A stretch of DNA of 64,000 bases. Origin: an uncultured Bartonella sp. GTDB taxonomy: Bacteria > Pseudomonadota > Alphaproteobacteria > Rhizobiales > Rhizobiaceae. The position numbers and the translations under genes were made by a program. Location of the stretch: the NCBI RefSeq assembly GCF_946479275.1, contig NZ_CAMLFE010000002.1:222482-286481 (forward strand), written 5' to 3'. Positions 51,395-62,475 of this stretch are shown here, piece after piece; position 1 is the stretch's first letter; each line of letters opens with the position of its first letter. The notes below the pieces were generated by a model. It was given only the letters and a program-made list of their open reading frames with translations. It made no database searches and was not told the origin of the DNA.

Positions 51395-53095
51395 TTATTC
51401 CTGTTCCTGCTTTTTCAATGCAGCACCCAGAATATCGCCGAGTGAAGCACCGGCATCCGACGAACCATATTGTGCAACAGCTTCTTTTTCTTCGGCAATT
51501 TCCAAAGCCTTGATTGAAACTGTGATCTTGCGGGTCTTTTTATCGAATGCGGTAACACGTGCATCAACCTTCTGGCCGACAGTAAAGCGTTCCGGACGTT
51601 GTTCATCACGATCAAGCGACAGATCCGAACGACGAATTGTTGTTTCAAGATCATGGTCGACCAGTTTTACATCAATGCCATTGTCGTGGATTGCTGTAAC
51701 TTCGCAGGTAACAACAGCACCTTTGCGCAACTCACCGGAAGCAACAGCTTCACCAACCTTGTCACCGGAAAGCTGCTTGATGCCGAGTGAAATACGTTCT
51801 TTGTCAACATCGACATCAAGAACAACAGCCTTGACGACGTCGCCCTTGTTGTATTCCTCGATAACCTGCTCGCCAGGACGGTTCCAGTCGAGATCGGAAA
51901 GGTGAACCATGCCGTCAACATCGCCTTCAAGGCCGATAAAGAGGCCGAATTCAGTTTTGTTCTTGACTTCACCTTCAACAACAGAACCAACAGGGAATTT
52001 GTTGGCAAAAGCTGTCCACGGATTTTCGAATGTCTGCTTGAGGCCCAGAGAAATACGGCGTTTTGCCGGATCCACTTCCAGAACAACAACTTCGACTTCC
52101 TGAGAGGTCGAAAGAATCTTTCCGGGGTGAACGTTCTTCTTTGTCCAGCTCATTTCTGAAACGTGGATAAGACCTTCAATACCCGGTTCGATTTCAACAA
52201 AAGCACCGTAATCGGTAATGTTGGTAACAGTGCCCTTGATCTTCTTGCCAACAGGATATTTGTCGGTAATGCCTTCCCACGGGTCGCTCTCAAGCTGTTT
52301 CATGCCCAAAGAAATACGATGTGTTTCCTGATTGATACGGATGATCTGTACTTTTACAGTCTGGCCGATCGAGAGGATTTCAGACGGGTGGTTAACACGG
52401 CGCCATGCCATGTCGGTAACGTGCAAGAGGCCATCAATGCCGCCGAGGTCAACGAATGCACCGTAATCGGTGATGTTCTTGACAACACCCTCAACAACCT
52501 GACCTTCTTCAAGGTTCTGTACGATTTCAGAACGCTGTTCGGCGCGGCTTTCTTCAAGAACTGTACGGCGTGAAACAACAATATTGCCACGACGACGGTC
52601 CATTTTCAAAATTTCAAAAGGCTGCGGGGTATGCATCAACGGGGTTACGTCGCGAATCGGACGAATGTCGACCTGACTGCGCGGCAAGAAAGCAACAGCG
52701 CCATCAAGATCAACTGTGAAACCACCTTTGACCTGACTGAAAATAACACCTTCAACGCGTTCACCGGCATTGAATTTTTCTTCCAGACGAACCCAGCTCT
52801 CTTCACGGCGAGCTTTTTCGCGTGAAAGAACAGCTTCACCCATCGCGTTTTCGATGCGTTCGACATAAACTTCGACTTCATCGCCGGGTTTAAGCGAGCC
52901 GTCTTTACCCTTGGCACCGAATTCCTTCAACGGAACGCGGCCTTCTACTTTAAGACCGGCATCAATGATTGCCATATCTTTTTCAATTGCAATGATGCGG
53001 CCTTTGACAACCGAACCCTCGACAAGATCATTAGTCTGGAGGGACTCAGCCAAAAGGGCTTCGAAATCCGCTTTTGTGGGATTGTATTGTGACAT
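51395..53095 (-). CDS. rpsA: 30S ribosomal protein S1
   Basis: Six S1 repeats (for example GRIIAIEKDMAIIDAGLKVEG and VKNITDYGAFVDLGGIDGLLH). ATG at 53095 (MSQYNPTKADFEALL). The ORF-track start adds 16 residues. Confidence 0.96.
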   Translation of the reverse strand: MSQYNPTKADFEALLAESLQTNDLVEGSVVKGRIIAIEKDMAIIDAGLKVEGRVPLKEFGAKGKDGSLKPGDEVEVYVERIENAMGEAVLSREKARREESWVRLEEKFNAGERVEGVIFSQVKGGFTVDLDGAVAFLPRSQVDIRPIRDVTPLMHTPQPFEILKMDRRRGNIVVSRRTVLEESRAEQRSEIVQNLEEGQVVEGVVKNITDYGAFVDLGGIDGLLHVTDMAWRRVNHPSEILSIGQTVKVQIIRINQETHRISLGMKQLESDPWEGITDKYPVGKKIKGTVTNITDYGAFVEIEPGIEGLIHVSEMSWTKKNVHPGKILSTSQEVEVVVLEVDPAKRRISLGLKQTFENPWTAFANKFPVGSVVEGEVKNKTEFGLFIGLEGDVDGMVHLSDLDWNRPGEQVIEEYNKGDVVKAVVLDVDVDKERISLGIKQLSGDKVGEAVASGELRKGAVVTCEVTAIHDNGIDVKLVDHDLETTIRRSDLSLDRDEQRPERFTVGQKVDARVTAFDKKTRKITVSIKALEIAEEKEAVAQYGSSDAGASLGDILGAALKKQEQE

Positions 53096-53244
53096 AGAAA
53101 CTCCTGAAGAAGTGCCTTTTGATAGGATTATGAAATAAGGCACGAGCGCCGGGTTAGTGTTAAAACGATGCTATTTTCCTGCCGCCCGCTCTTTGGCGGG
53201 GTAGTTTGGCGCATGGCCGGAAATAACATTTCTCTTAAACTCTT

Positions 53245-55235
<1,991 letters not shown>

Positions 55236-55519
55236 TTATATATAGGAAAAGCATGCTTCTAACATAACGAGTTTCGTACGTCATGAAAAAATACATCGCT
55301 TGAAGGAAATTGAACATGGTTCTTATTGTTTATCTTTGACAAAAGCATATTTTTGCGCTTAAGCACCGTGATCGGATTTTTTGATTAATCTCAACGGCAT
55401 TTTAATGGACGCGTAAATGCTCGTGTCCGGTTAAATTGCTTTCCAACAAAGGAACGTGCTTATTTCTATAAGCTTCATGCAGATAGAAATGTCACGCCCA
55501 ACCAAAAGAGGCTCGGTCC

Positions 55520-55921
55520 ATGGCAAAACCTGAACTTGGAACCAAACGAATAGACCCGGAAACGGGAAAGAAATTCTATGATCTCAATCGTGACCCGATT
55601 ATTTCACCTTATACTGGGATCTCCTACCCAAGATCCTATTTCGACGCCACAGCCGACGCTAAGGGCGAGGATGAGGAAGAGGAGACAGAGACGGAGGACC
55701 TTGACACGGCATTAGAGAAGCCCGAATTCATCTCGCTTGAAGATGCCGATGATGAAACAAAGGGTGGTGAAGACATACCCGACATCGGTGACGATGAGGA
55801 CGTCGACCTTGGCGATGATGATGATGACGCATTCTTGCCGGATGATGAAGACGACGAGGATGACGACGTTAGCGGCATTATCACCGGCGGCAATAAAGTT
55901 CATAAAGACGACGACATTTAA
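55520..55921 (+). CDS. TIGR02300 (FYDLN_acid) family protein of unknown function
   Basis: 133-aa ORF with GKKFYDLNRDP near the N-terminus, followed by a tail that is roughly half Asp/Glu. Confidence 0.75.
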   Translation: MAKPELGTKRIDPETGKKFYDLNRDPIISPYTGISYPRSYFDATADAKGEDEEEETETEDLDTALEKPEFISLEDADDETKGGEDIPDIGDDEDVDLGDDDDDAFLPDDEDDEDDDVSGIITGGNKVHKDDDI

Positions 55922-56060
55922 CAAGATTAAGAGGGGGACGTCGCTTTCTTTATAAAGATTGCAATTTCCCTCTTGATCTTTGGCGCCACTCAATTTAAGA
56001 AGCCGCCAGACAGTTTGTCTTGATCCCGGAAGGTCACGTTGTGATCTTCTCATCTTGAAT

Positions 56061-56136
<76 letters not shown>

Positions 56137-56196
56137 ATTCTTGAAAAACCGGCTGCTTAAAAAAGAGAGCTTCCTCCGGATATAATCCGGAAATTT

Positions 56197-56260
56197 TGCC
56201 GTTTAAATTTTTTGCCGGTTAGCTTATCTGCCGGTTAACTTATTTGCCCCTTAACTTCTT
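56197..56260. repeat. Four tandem 16-bp repeats (consensus TGCCGGTTAACTTATT)
   Basis: Copies are TGCCGTTTAAATTTTT, TGCCGGTTAGCTTATC, TGCCGGTTAACTTATT and TGCCCCTTAACTTCTT. They are head-to-tail and begin 60 nt after the tRNA-Ala 3' end. Confidence 0.85.
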
Positions 56261-56632
56261 TGAATGAAGCCCCGTTTCTCAAAGCTGTTTTATCTTTTGA
56301 TCTTCAACCGGTCTTGTTCATTGCTTTTTCTATCCCGCTGGTTCGGGATTACGATTTTTAAAACTTAACCGTTTTTAATGTCCCGTGAGAGACGGCCTGA
56401 AACATTGGCAAGAAATCCGGATTTCTAAGAATCTTGACCACTTCAATCATGACCAAAAACATGTTCGAATATTTTTGTGCTTTCGAATTGATTCACGAGT
56501 GCGGTGATAAACTTGATCGTTTAACATTATCAATTATAAGACGTCTGTCGGACGACCAAGAAATTTCGAAAAGCTTTCTTATGTCGCCAATACGACAACT
56601 TTCATTTAGTTATCTACGGGTTCAGTAAGGAG

Positions 56633-57283
56633 TTGGGCACAAAATTTATGTTGGAAGATATTTACAAAGTCATCCATGAAAGGCGCGATGTACGCGACGA
56701 ATTTTTACCCCGACCACTCGATGATGCTGTTATCACAAAACTTCTTGATGCCGCCCATTCAGCGCCTTCCGTGGGCTTCCAGCAGCCGTGGAATTTCATT
56801 CTTATCCGCGACAAAAAACGCAAAACTCAAGTCCAAGAAATTTTTGCCAGAGCACAGGCCGAAGAAGCAGAAATTTTCACCGACGAACGGCGCAAGCTTT
56901 ATAACCGGCTAAAATTACAGGGTATTGTCAAAGCTCCGCTCAATCTTGTTGTCACATGTGACCGCTCACGCGATGGTCGTTCCGGCCTTGGCCGTTTCCA
57001 TAATCCGCAAATGTCGGCTTATAGTTGTGTTTGTGGTGTGGAAAATTTATGGCTTGCTGCACGGGCTGAAAACATCGGCGTCGGCTGGGTTTCGATCTAT
57101 CATGATGACGAGCTGAAGGAATTGTTAAAGATTCCCGCCGAAATAGACATTATCGCCTATCTGTGTATCGGCTATGTCAGCCACTTTTACGACAGCCCCG
57201 AACTCGAACAAAAAGGCTGGCGCAAACGCGTACCGCTCGAAAGCCTTGTTTACCATGAAGAGTGGCCCCAGAACGCGCAATAA
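56633..57283 (+). CDS. bluB: 5,6-dimethylbenzimidazole synthase (BluB, nitroreductase fold)
   Basis: Contains ERRDVRDEF..., AAHSAPSVGFQQPWNFILI and GVGWVSI, BluB-type motifs. The start is uncertain: TTG at 56633 or ATG at 56648. Confidence 0.82.
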   Translation: MGTKFMLEDIYKVIHERRDVRDEFLPRPLDDAVITKLLDAAHSAPSVGFQQPWNFILIRDKKRKTQVQEIFARAQAEEAEIFTDERRKLYNRLKLQGIVKAPLNLVVTCDRSRDGRSGLGRFHNPQMSAYSCVCGVENLWLAARAENIGVGWVSIYHDDELKELLKIPAEIDIIAYLCIGYVSHFYDSPELEQKGWRKRVPLESLVYHEEWPQNAQ

Positions 57284-57426
57284 TATTGCGTTTAAATTTA
57301 AAATTGTTTCTGATTCTAATCTAAATGTGATTGAGCATTGATCGAAAAAGCGCTTAAAATCCTTGCGTTTATTTGATCTGTGCGGCAAAACCGTTACTAC
57401 ATTGGAATTATTCAAGGAAATTTGAA

Positions 57427-59265
57427 ATGCCTCCCTATCGCTCAAGAACTTCTACTCATGGCCGGAATATGGCCGGTGCCCGTGGCTTATGGCGTGCCAC
57501 AGGAATGAAAGACGGAGATTTTGGTAAGCCGATTATTGCGATTGCCAATTCATTTACACAATTTGTTCCGGGCCATGTCCATCTTAAAGATATGGGACAA
57601 CTCGTTGCCCGCGAAGTGGAAAAAGCTGGCGGCGTTGCCAAAGAGTTCAATACAATTGCTGTCGATGACGGTATCGCAATGGGGCATGATGGTATGCTCT
57701 ATTCACTTCCATCCCGTGAGATCATTGCCGACTCGGTTGAATATATGGTCAATGCGCATTGTGCAGATGCTTTGGTGTGCATTTCCAACTGCGATAAAAT
57801 TACTCCGGGAATGTTGATGGCAGCCTTGCGGCTCAATATTCCGACGGTTTTTGTTTCCGGCGGACCGATGGAAGCGGGAAAAATCAAATGGAAAGGCAAA
57901 GAGCTCGCCGTTGACCTTATTGATGCGATGGTTGCGGCAGCCGATGACCATAACAGCGATTCGGAAGTTGCCAATATGGAACGGGCTGCTTGCCCGACAT
58001 GCGGTTCATGCTCGGGGATGTTTACTGCAAACTCGATGAATTGCCTGACCGAAGCTCTGGGGCTTTCGCTTCCCGGCAATGGTTCAATGCTTGCAACACA
58101 TGCCGACCGCAAACATCTTTTTGAAAAAGCCGGCCACCTTATTGTTGAACTGGCCAAGCGTTATTATGAACAGGATGATGACAGTGTTCTTCCCCGTTCG
58201 ATTGCAACGTTCAAATCTTTTGAAAATGCAATGACTCTTGATATTTCGATGGGCGGTTCAACCAACACCGTTCTCCACCTATTAGCCGCCGCTCAGGAAG
58301 GCGAAGTTGATTTTACCATGTCGGATATCGACCGGCTTTCGCGCCACGTACCGGTTATTTGTAAAGTCGCGCCGGCAGTTGCCAATGTGCATATGGAAGA
58401 TGTCCACCGTGCCGGTGGCGTGATGGCAATTTTGGGTGAGCTTGACCGCGCAGGCCTTATCCATAACGAGGTCGCAACGGTTTATGAACCGACATTGAAA
58501 GACGCCTTGCGTAAATGGGATGTCAAACAGACAAATAATCCGGAAGTACATGAATTTTATCGTGCCGCTCCGGGTGGTATTCCGACACAAACGCCATTCA
58601 GCCAATCACGGCGTTATGAAACAGTCGACCTCGACCGCGAAAAAGGTGTTATTCGTGATGTCGACCATGCCTATTCCAAGGATGGCGGCCTTGCCGTTCT
58701 TTACGGCAACCTCGCCAAAGATGGTTGCATCGTCAAAACTGCCGGTGTTGACGACTCGATTTTGAAATTCAAAGGTCCGGCGCGGATTTTTGAAAGTCAG
58801 GATTCGGCCGTGGTTGCTATTTTGAACGGCAAAATCAAACCGGGAGATGTTGTGCTCATCCGTTACGAAGGTCCGCGCGGTGGCCCTGGAATGCAGGAAA
58901 TGCTTTATCCGACAAGCTATCTGAAATCGAAAGGCTTGGGAAAGGCTTGTGCTCTCGTCACGGATGGCCGTTTTTCAGGTGGTTCGTCTGGTCTTTCTAT
59001 TGGCCATGTCTCACCGGAAGCTGCTGAAGGCGGCACGATCGGTCTTGTCGAAGAAGGCGATACAATCGAAATCGATATACCGAACCGTAAAATCCACCTT
59101 GCTGTCGATGATGCAACACTGGAAAGCCGCCGCAAGAAGATGGAACAAAAAGGCGACAAAGCCTGGAAGCCGGAAGAGGTTCGCAAACGCAAAGTTTCCA
59201 AAGCTTTACGCGCTTATGCAGCCATGACAACATCGGCAGCCAAAGGCGCTGTTCGCCAAATCTGA
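57427..59265 (+). CDS. ilvD: Dihydroxy-acid dehydratase
   Basis: [28 protein letters not shown]-terminus, [29 protein letters not shown] and [10 protein letters not shown]-type ([11 protein letters not shown]). ATG at 57427. The ORF-track start adds 18 residues. Confidence 0.96.
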   Translation: MPPYRSRTSTHGRNMAGARGLWRATGMKDGDFGKPIIAIANSFTQFVPGHVHLKDMGQLVAREVEKAGGVAKEFNTIAVDDGIAMGHDGMLYSLPSREIIADSVEYMVNAHCADALVCISNCDKITPGMLMAALRLNIPTVFVSGGPMEAGKIKWKGKELAVDLIDAMVAAADDHNSDSEVANMERAACPTCGSCSGMFTANSMNCLTEALGLSLPGNGSMLATHADRKHLFEKAGHLIVELAKRYYEQDDDSVLPRSIATFKSFENAMTLDISMGGSTNTVLHLLAAAQEGEVDFTMSDIDRLSRHVPVICKVAPAVANVHMEDVHRAGGVMAILGELDRAGLIHNEVATVYEPTLKDALRKWDVKQTNNPEVHEFYRAAPGGIPTQTPFSQSRRYETVDLDREKGVIRDVDHAYSKDGGLAVLYGNLAKDGCIVKTAGVDDSILKFKGPARIFESQDSAVVAILNGKIKPGDVVLIRYEGPRGGPGMQEMLYPTSYLKSKGLGKACALVTDGRFSGGSSGLSIGHVSPEAAEGGTIGLVEEGDTIEIDIPNRKIHLAVDDATLESRRKKMEQKGDKAWKPEEVRKRKVSKALRAYAAMTTSAAKGAVRQI

Positions 59266-59277
59266 TTTTAAAATTTT

Positions 59278-59320
59278 CTCTCCCGTTATGATTGGTAAAT
59301 TATAGCGGGAGAGTTTTATT
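59278..59320 (+). terminator. Intrinsic terminator of ilvD
   Basis: An 8-bp stem CTCTCCCG/CGGGAGAG with a 20-nt loop, followed by TTTTATT. Confidence 0.55.
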
Positions 59321-59415
59321 GTAATTTTTTAGTATATATTGTTATTTTTAAATATGCCGTGACATTCAAACGCGAAGTCGGCCTCAAATTATTCCCGAAC
59401 CTACAGGGGGGGCGA

Positions 59416-60990
59416 ATGCCAGTTATTGATGCGTTGTCAAAACATGCCACTTTGACACCCGACAGAATTGCGATTTCAATCGCCGGAAACGAAATCACCT
59501 ATAAAACACTTTACCAGCGAGCCGAAGCTTTCAGGCGCAATCTTTTCAATCTGGAAAAACGCCACCCTGATCGTTTCGGTTTACCTGATGACGGCCGTCT
59601 GGTTCTACTCGCACTTCCAAACCATTTCCGCTTTGGCGAAATTTTTGCCGGTGGTTCGGCTAGTCCACATTGCGTTGCTGTTCTTTCTGTTGCTACGCCA
59701 CCAAACCAGATTGAAGAAATTATGCGTCGGCTCAATCCCGACATTGTTATTTGCGAGAACAAAGACTGCATCATTGCAGAAATTGCCCGAGCGCTTGATC
59801 TACCAGCGCTTTATGTTGAAAAAGATGCCGACACCCAATTAACTTATGACCATTTTCTGGCAACTTATGACCATTTTCTGGAAGGAATTGTTCCCAATAA
59901 AACTATAGCCGATCTACCGCTTGGGCCGTTTTTCATCGGTTTTACGTCCGGCACAACGGGGCTTCCCAAAGCATTTATCAGAAACCGCCAAAGTTGGCGA
60001 AACTCGCTTGTCCCCGGACGAGAGTTCTTCGGCCTTAGCAAACTACATAAGGCGGTTGTTCCCGGTCCCATGGCGCATGGAGTGAGCCTTTACGCACTTA
60101 TTGAAACATTGGATAGCGGCCAGACATTTGAAAGCGTCAGGAAATTTGATCTTGATGAAGTATTGGAGCTTCTGAAGACCGCAGACCGTTTTGTCGGTGT
60201 ACCAACCATGCTCAACGAATTGAAACAACGGGCAGATGAGCATAAGTCGGTTTTTACGGGAGTGAAGCAACTTGTGACCGGTGCTTCAAAATTCGATCGT
60301 CAGCATTATAACGATGCCCGCGCGCTTTTCCCGAATGCAGAAATTTTACAATATTATGGCGCATCGGAATTAAGTTTTGTTGCAGTCAACAAAATGACAC
60401 CTAGAACGCTTTCGCATGAAACTTCCATGTCGCCGGTAGGAAAACCGTTTCCCGGTGTCAAAGTCACAATACGCGATGAAAATTTGTCACCGCTCGCACC
60501 TGACAAAATCGGCACTATTTTTGTCGAAAGCAATTTGATCTCGGACGGATATTTATGGGGTGACAATGGCAAGTCATTTGTCCGCAATCAATATGGCGCA
60601 ACTGTTGGCGACCTCGGCATGATGGACGAAAATGGCGAGCTTTATGTAATGGGGCGTGCCGGCGGCATGATTATTTCGGGCGGCAACAATATTTATCTTG
60701 CCGAAATAGAAACGGCATTGAAAACTATCCCAAATATCAGTGAAGCAATTGCTTTCGGAATTGCCGATGACATTTATGGAGAACGTCTTGTCAGCGTTAT
60801 TTCATTCAAAGATGCCCCGTTAACGGCAGATGAATTGCGCGAGTTTTGCCGCCCGTTAATGGAAAAATTCAAAATCCCGAAAGATTTCTATTTAATCAAC
60901 CATTGGCCAATGACATGGAGCGGAAAAATTGCGCGTGTCATCGTTAAAAAAATGGTTGAAGAGGGCAACCCCGAAGTCACAAGGCTTTAA
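59416..60990 (+). CDS. AMP-forming acyl-CoA ligase (class I adenylate-forming enzyme), substrate unknown
   Basis: Contains the AMP-binding motif IGFTSGTTGLPKAF, then YGASE, TVGDLGMMDENGELYVMGR and WSGKIAR. The ATG at 59416 is preceded by AGGGGGGG. Confidence 0.85.
   Translation: MPVIDALSKHATLTPDRIAISIAGNEITYKTLYQRAEAFRRNLFNLEKRHPDRFGLPDDGRLVLLALPNHFRFGEIFAGGSASPHCVAVLSVATPPNQIEEIMRRLNPDIVICENKDCIIAEIARALDLPALYVEKDADTQLTYDHFLATYDHFLEGIVPNKTIADLPLGPFFIGFTSGTTGLPKAFIRNRQSWRNSLVPGREFFGLSKLHKAVVPGPMAHGVSLYALIETLDSGQTFESVRKFDLDEVLELLKTADRFVGVPTMLNELKQRADEHKSVFTGVKQLVTGASKFDRQHYNDARALFPNAEILQYYGASELSFVAVNKMTPRTLSHETSMSPVGKPFPGVKVTIRDENLSPLAPDKIGTIFVESNLISDGYLWGDNGKSFVRNQYGATVGDLGMMDENGELYVMGRAGGMIISGGNNIYLAEIETALKTIPNISEAIAFGIADDIYGERLVSVISFKDAPLTADELREFCRPLMEKFKIPKDFYLINHWPMTWSGKIARVIVKKMVEEGNPEVTRL
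59841..59882 (+). repeat. Tandem 21-bp duplication inside the acyl-CoA ligase CDS (20/21 identical)
   Basis: AACTTATGACCATTTTCTGGC followed directly by AACTTATGACCATTTTCTGGA. In protein terms this is TYDHFLA-TYDHFLE. Confidence 0.95.
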
Positions 60991-60992
60991 AA

Positions 60993-62165
60993 ATGGATGA
61001 AAGCAGAACACCAGTTATTATTGCGGTCGCGAGAACAGCTATAGCGCGCGCATATGGTGCGCTTTCATCTGTTGACGTGGAATATCTTCTAAGCCCGCTC
61101 ATTCAGGCACTCGTCGAACGCACAAAGATCGAAAAAACCGATATTGACGATGTTATGATCGGTAATGCTGCGGGCGGTGGCGGTAATCTCGCACGCCTTG
61201 CCGCTTTAACCGCCGGACTGCCTGTCGAAATTTCGGGGTTAACGCTCGACCGACAATGCGGCTCAGGTCTTGAAGCAGTGGTTATGGCGTGCAGACTTGT
61301 TGAAGCGGGAGCGGGTGACATTTATCTTGCCGGTGGTGCAGAAAGTGTATCAACTGCGCCTTGGCGCATAAAACGCCCGAAAACGCCGCGCGAATTGCCG
61401 CAATTTTTCTCCCGTGCACGGTTTTCACCGGATAGCGTCGGTGACCCCGATATGGGAAACATGGCTGAAAATATTGCCCGACATTTTGGTGTATCGAGAG
61501 AAAGACAAGACCATTTTGCGCTTCAAAGCCATCGACGAGCTTTGAAAGCTCAGGCAGACCATCGTTTTGATGATGAAATCATAGCACTTCAAACAGCAAA
61601 AGGCTTATTTTCCGCTGACGATTGCCCGAGAGCCGGTTTGAAACTTGAAACTTTGGAGCATTTGCGACCGGTATTTGAAACAGATGGAACAGTCACGGCC
61701 GGAAATTCCTGCCCTTTGAATGACGGAGCGGCACTTGTTCTGGTGACATCTCTCGAAAAAGCCAAACAATTGGGTATTCAATACGGGATTGTGTTCGTTG
61801 ACAGTGCTGTAAGCGGTGTTGATCCCAATCTTGCCGGTATGGGAGCGGTTCCTTCGACAAAAAAGTTGTTACAAAGAATGAAGCTCGACAATTATTCGGA
61901 TTTCAAAGTCATTGAATTCAATGAAGCCTTTGCCGCGCAAGTTCTTGCAGCCATTGACGCGTTGGATATATCGGAAGAACAAATCAATCGTGAAGGTGGC
62001 GCAATCGCCCTTGGACATCCTTTCGGCGCATCAGGGACTTTTCTGACCATACGGCTTTTTTCCCAAATGAAAAACCTGTCAGATGATGCACTCGGCCTTA
62101 CAACAATGGGAATTGGCGGAGGGATGGGAATAAGTGCTGCTTTCCGGCCATATCATAACGGCTAA
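60993..62165 (+). CDS. Thiolase (acetyl-CoA C-acyltransferase family)
   Basis: 390-aa ORF with the active-site Cys region DRQCGSGLEAV, GNSCPLNDGAA, GGAIALGHPFGASG and GIGGGMG. The start is 3 nt after the ligase stop. Confidence 0.9.
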   Translation: MDESRTPVIIAVARTAIARAYGALSSVDVEYLLSPLIQALVERTKIEKTDIDDVMIGNAAGGGGNLARLAALTAGLPVEISGLTLDRQCGSGLEAVVMACRLVEAGAGDIYLAGGAESVSTAPWRIKRPKTPRELPQFFSRARFSPDSVGDPDMGNMAENIARHFGVSRERQDHFALQSHRRALKAQADHRFDDEIIALQTAKGLFSADDCPRAGLKLETLEHLRPVFETDGTVTAGNSCPLNDGAALVLVTSLEKAKQLGIQYGIVFVDSAVSGVDPNLAGMGAVPSTKKLLQRMKLDNYSDFKVIEFNEAFAAQVLAAIDALDISEEQINREGGAIALGHPFGASGTFLTIRLFSQMKNLSDDALGLTTMGIGGGMGISAAFRPYHNG

Positions 62166-62475
62166 ACATCAATTCTCTTGAGCGGAAGCAAAATTGTGAT
62201 ATTTTACCCGAAAAGCGGCTTGTTTAAAATACCGACCTTCTTTTTTCTTCAGCAGAGGCGCGAACGATACAAACCAATGCGATCAATAACAGCATTGGTC
62301 AATGTGAATTGAGAGCCTCCGGATGGTTATTCGATATATTCCCGTTTAACATCATCCCGTTCCTGTTGAACCATCCCGTTCTTATTAAACAAAGACAAGC
62401 CTTGCCCGCTCTTCAAGTGCTTTAAAAAACACGCAATGCCGCCAATTGTTTTTTTCAATCGAGAGCCTCAAGTCT

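Noticed and set aside
56137-56632. Expected cobalamin riboswitch upstream of bluB.
   Set aside because: I looked for the B12-box (AGYCMGGAGACCKGCC-like) and the GCCACTG core on both strands and found neither. The region may still hold another regulatory RNA, but I cannot support a riboswitch call.
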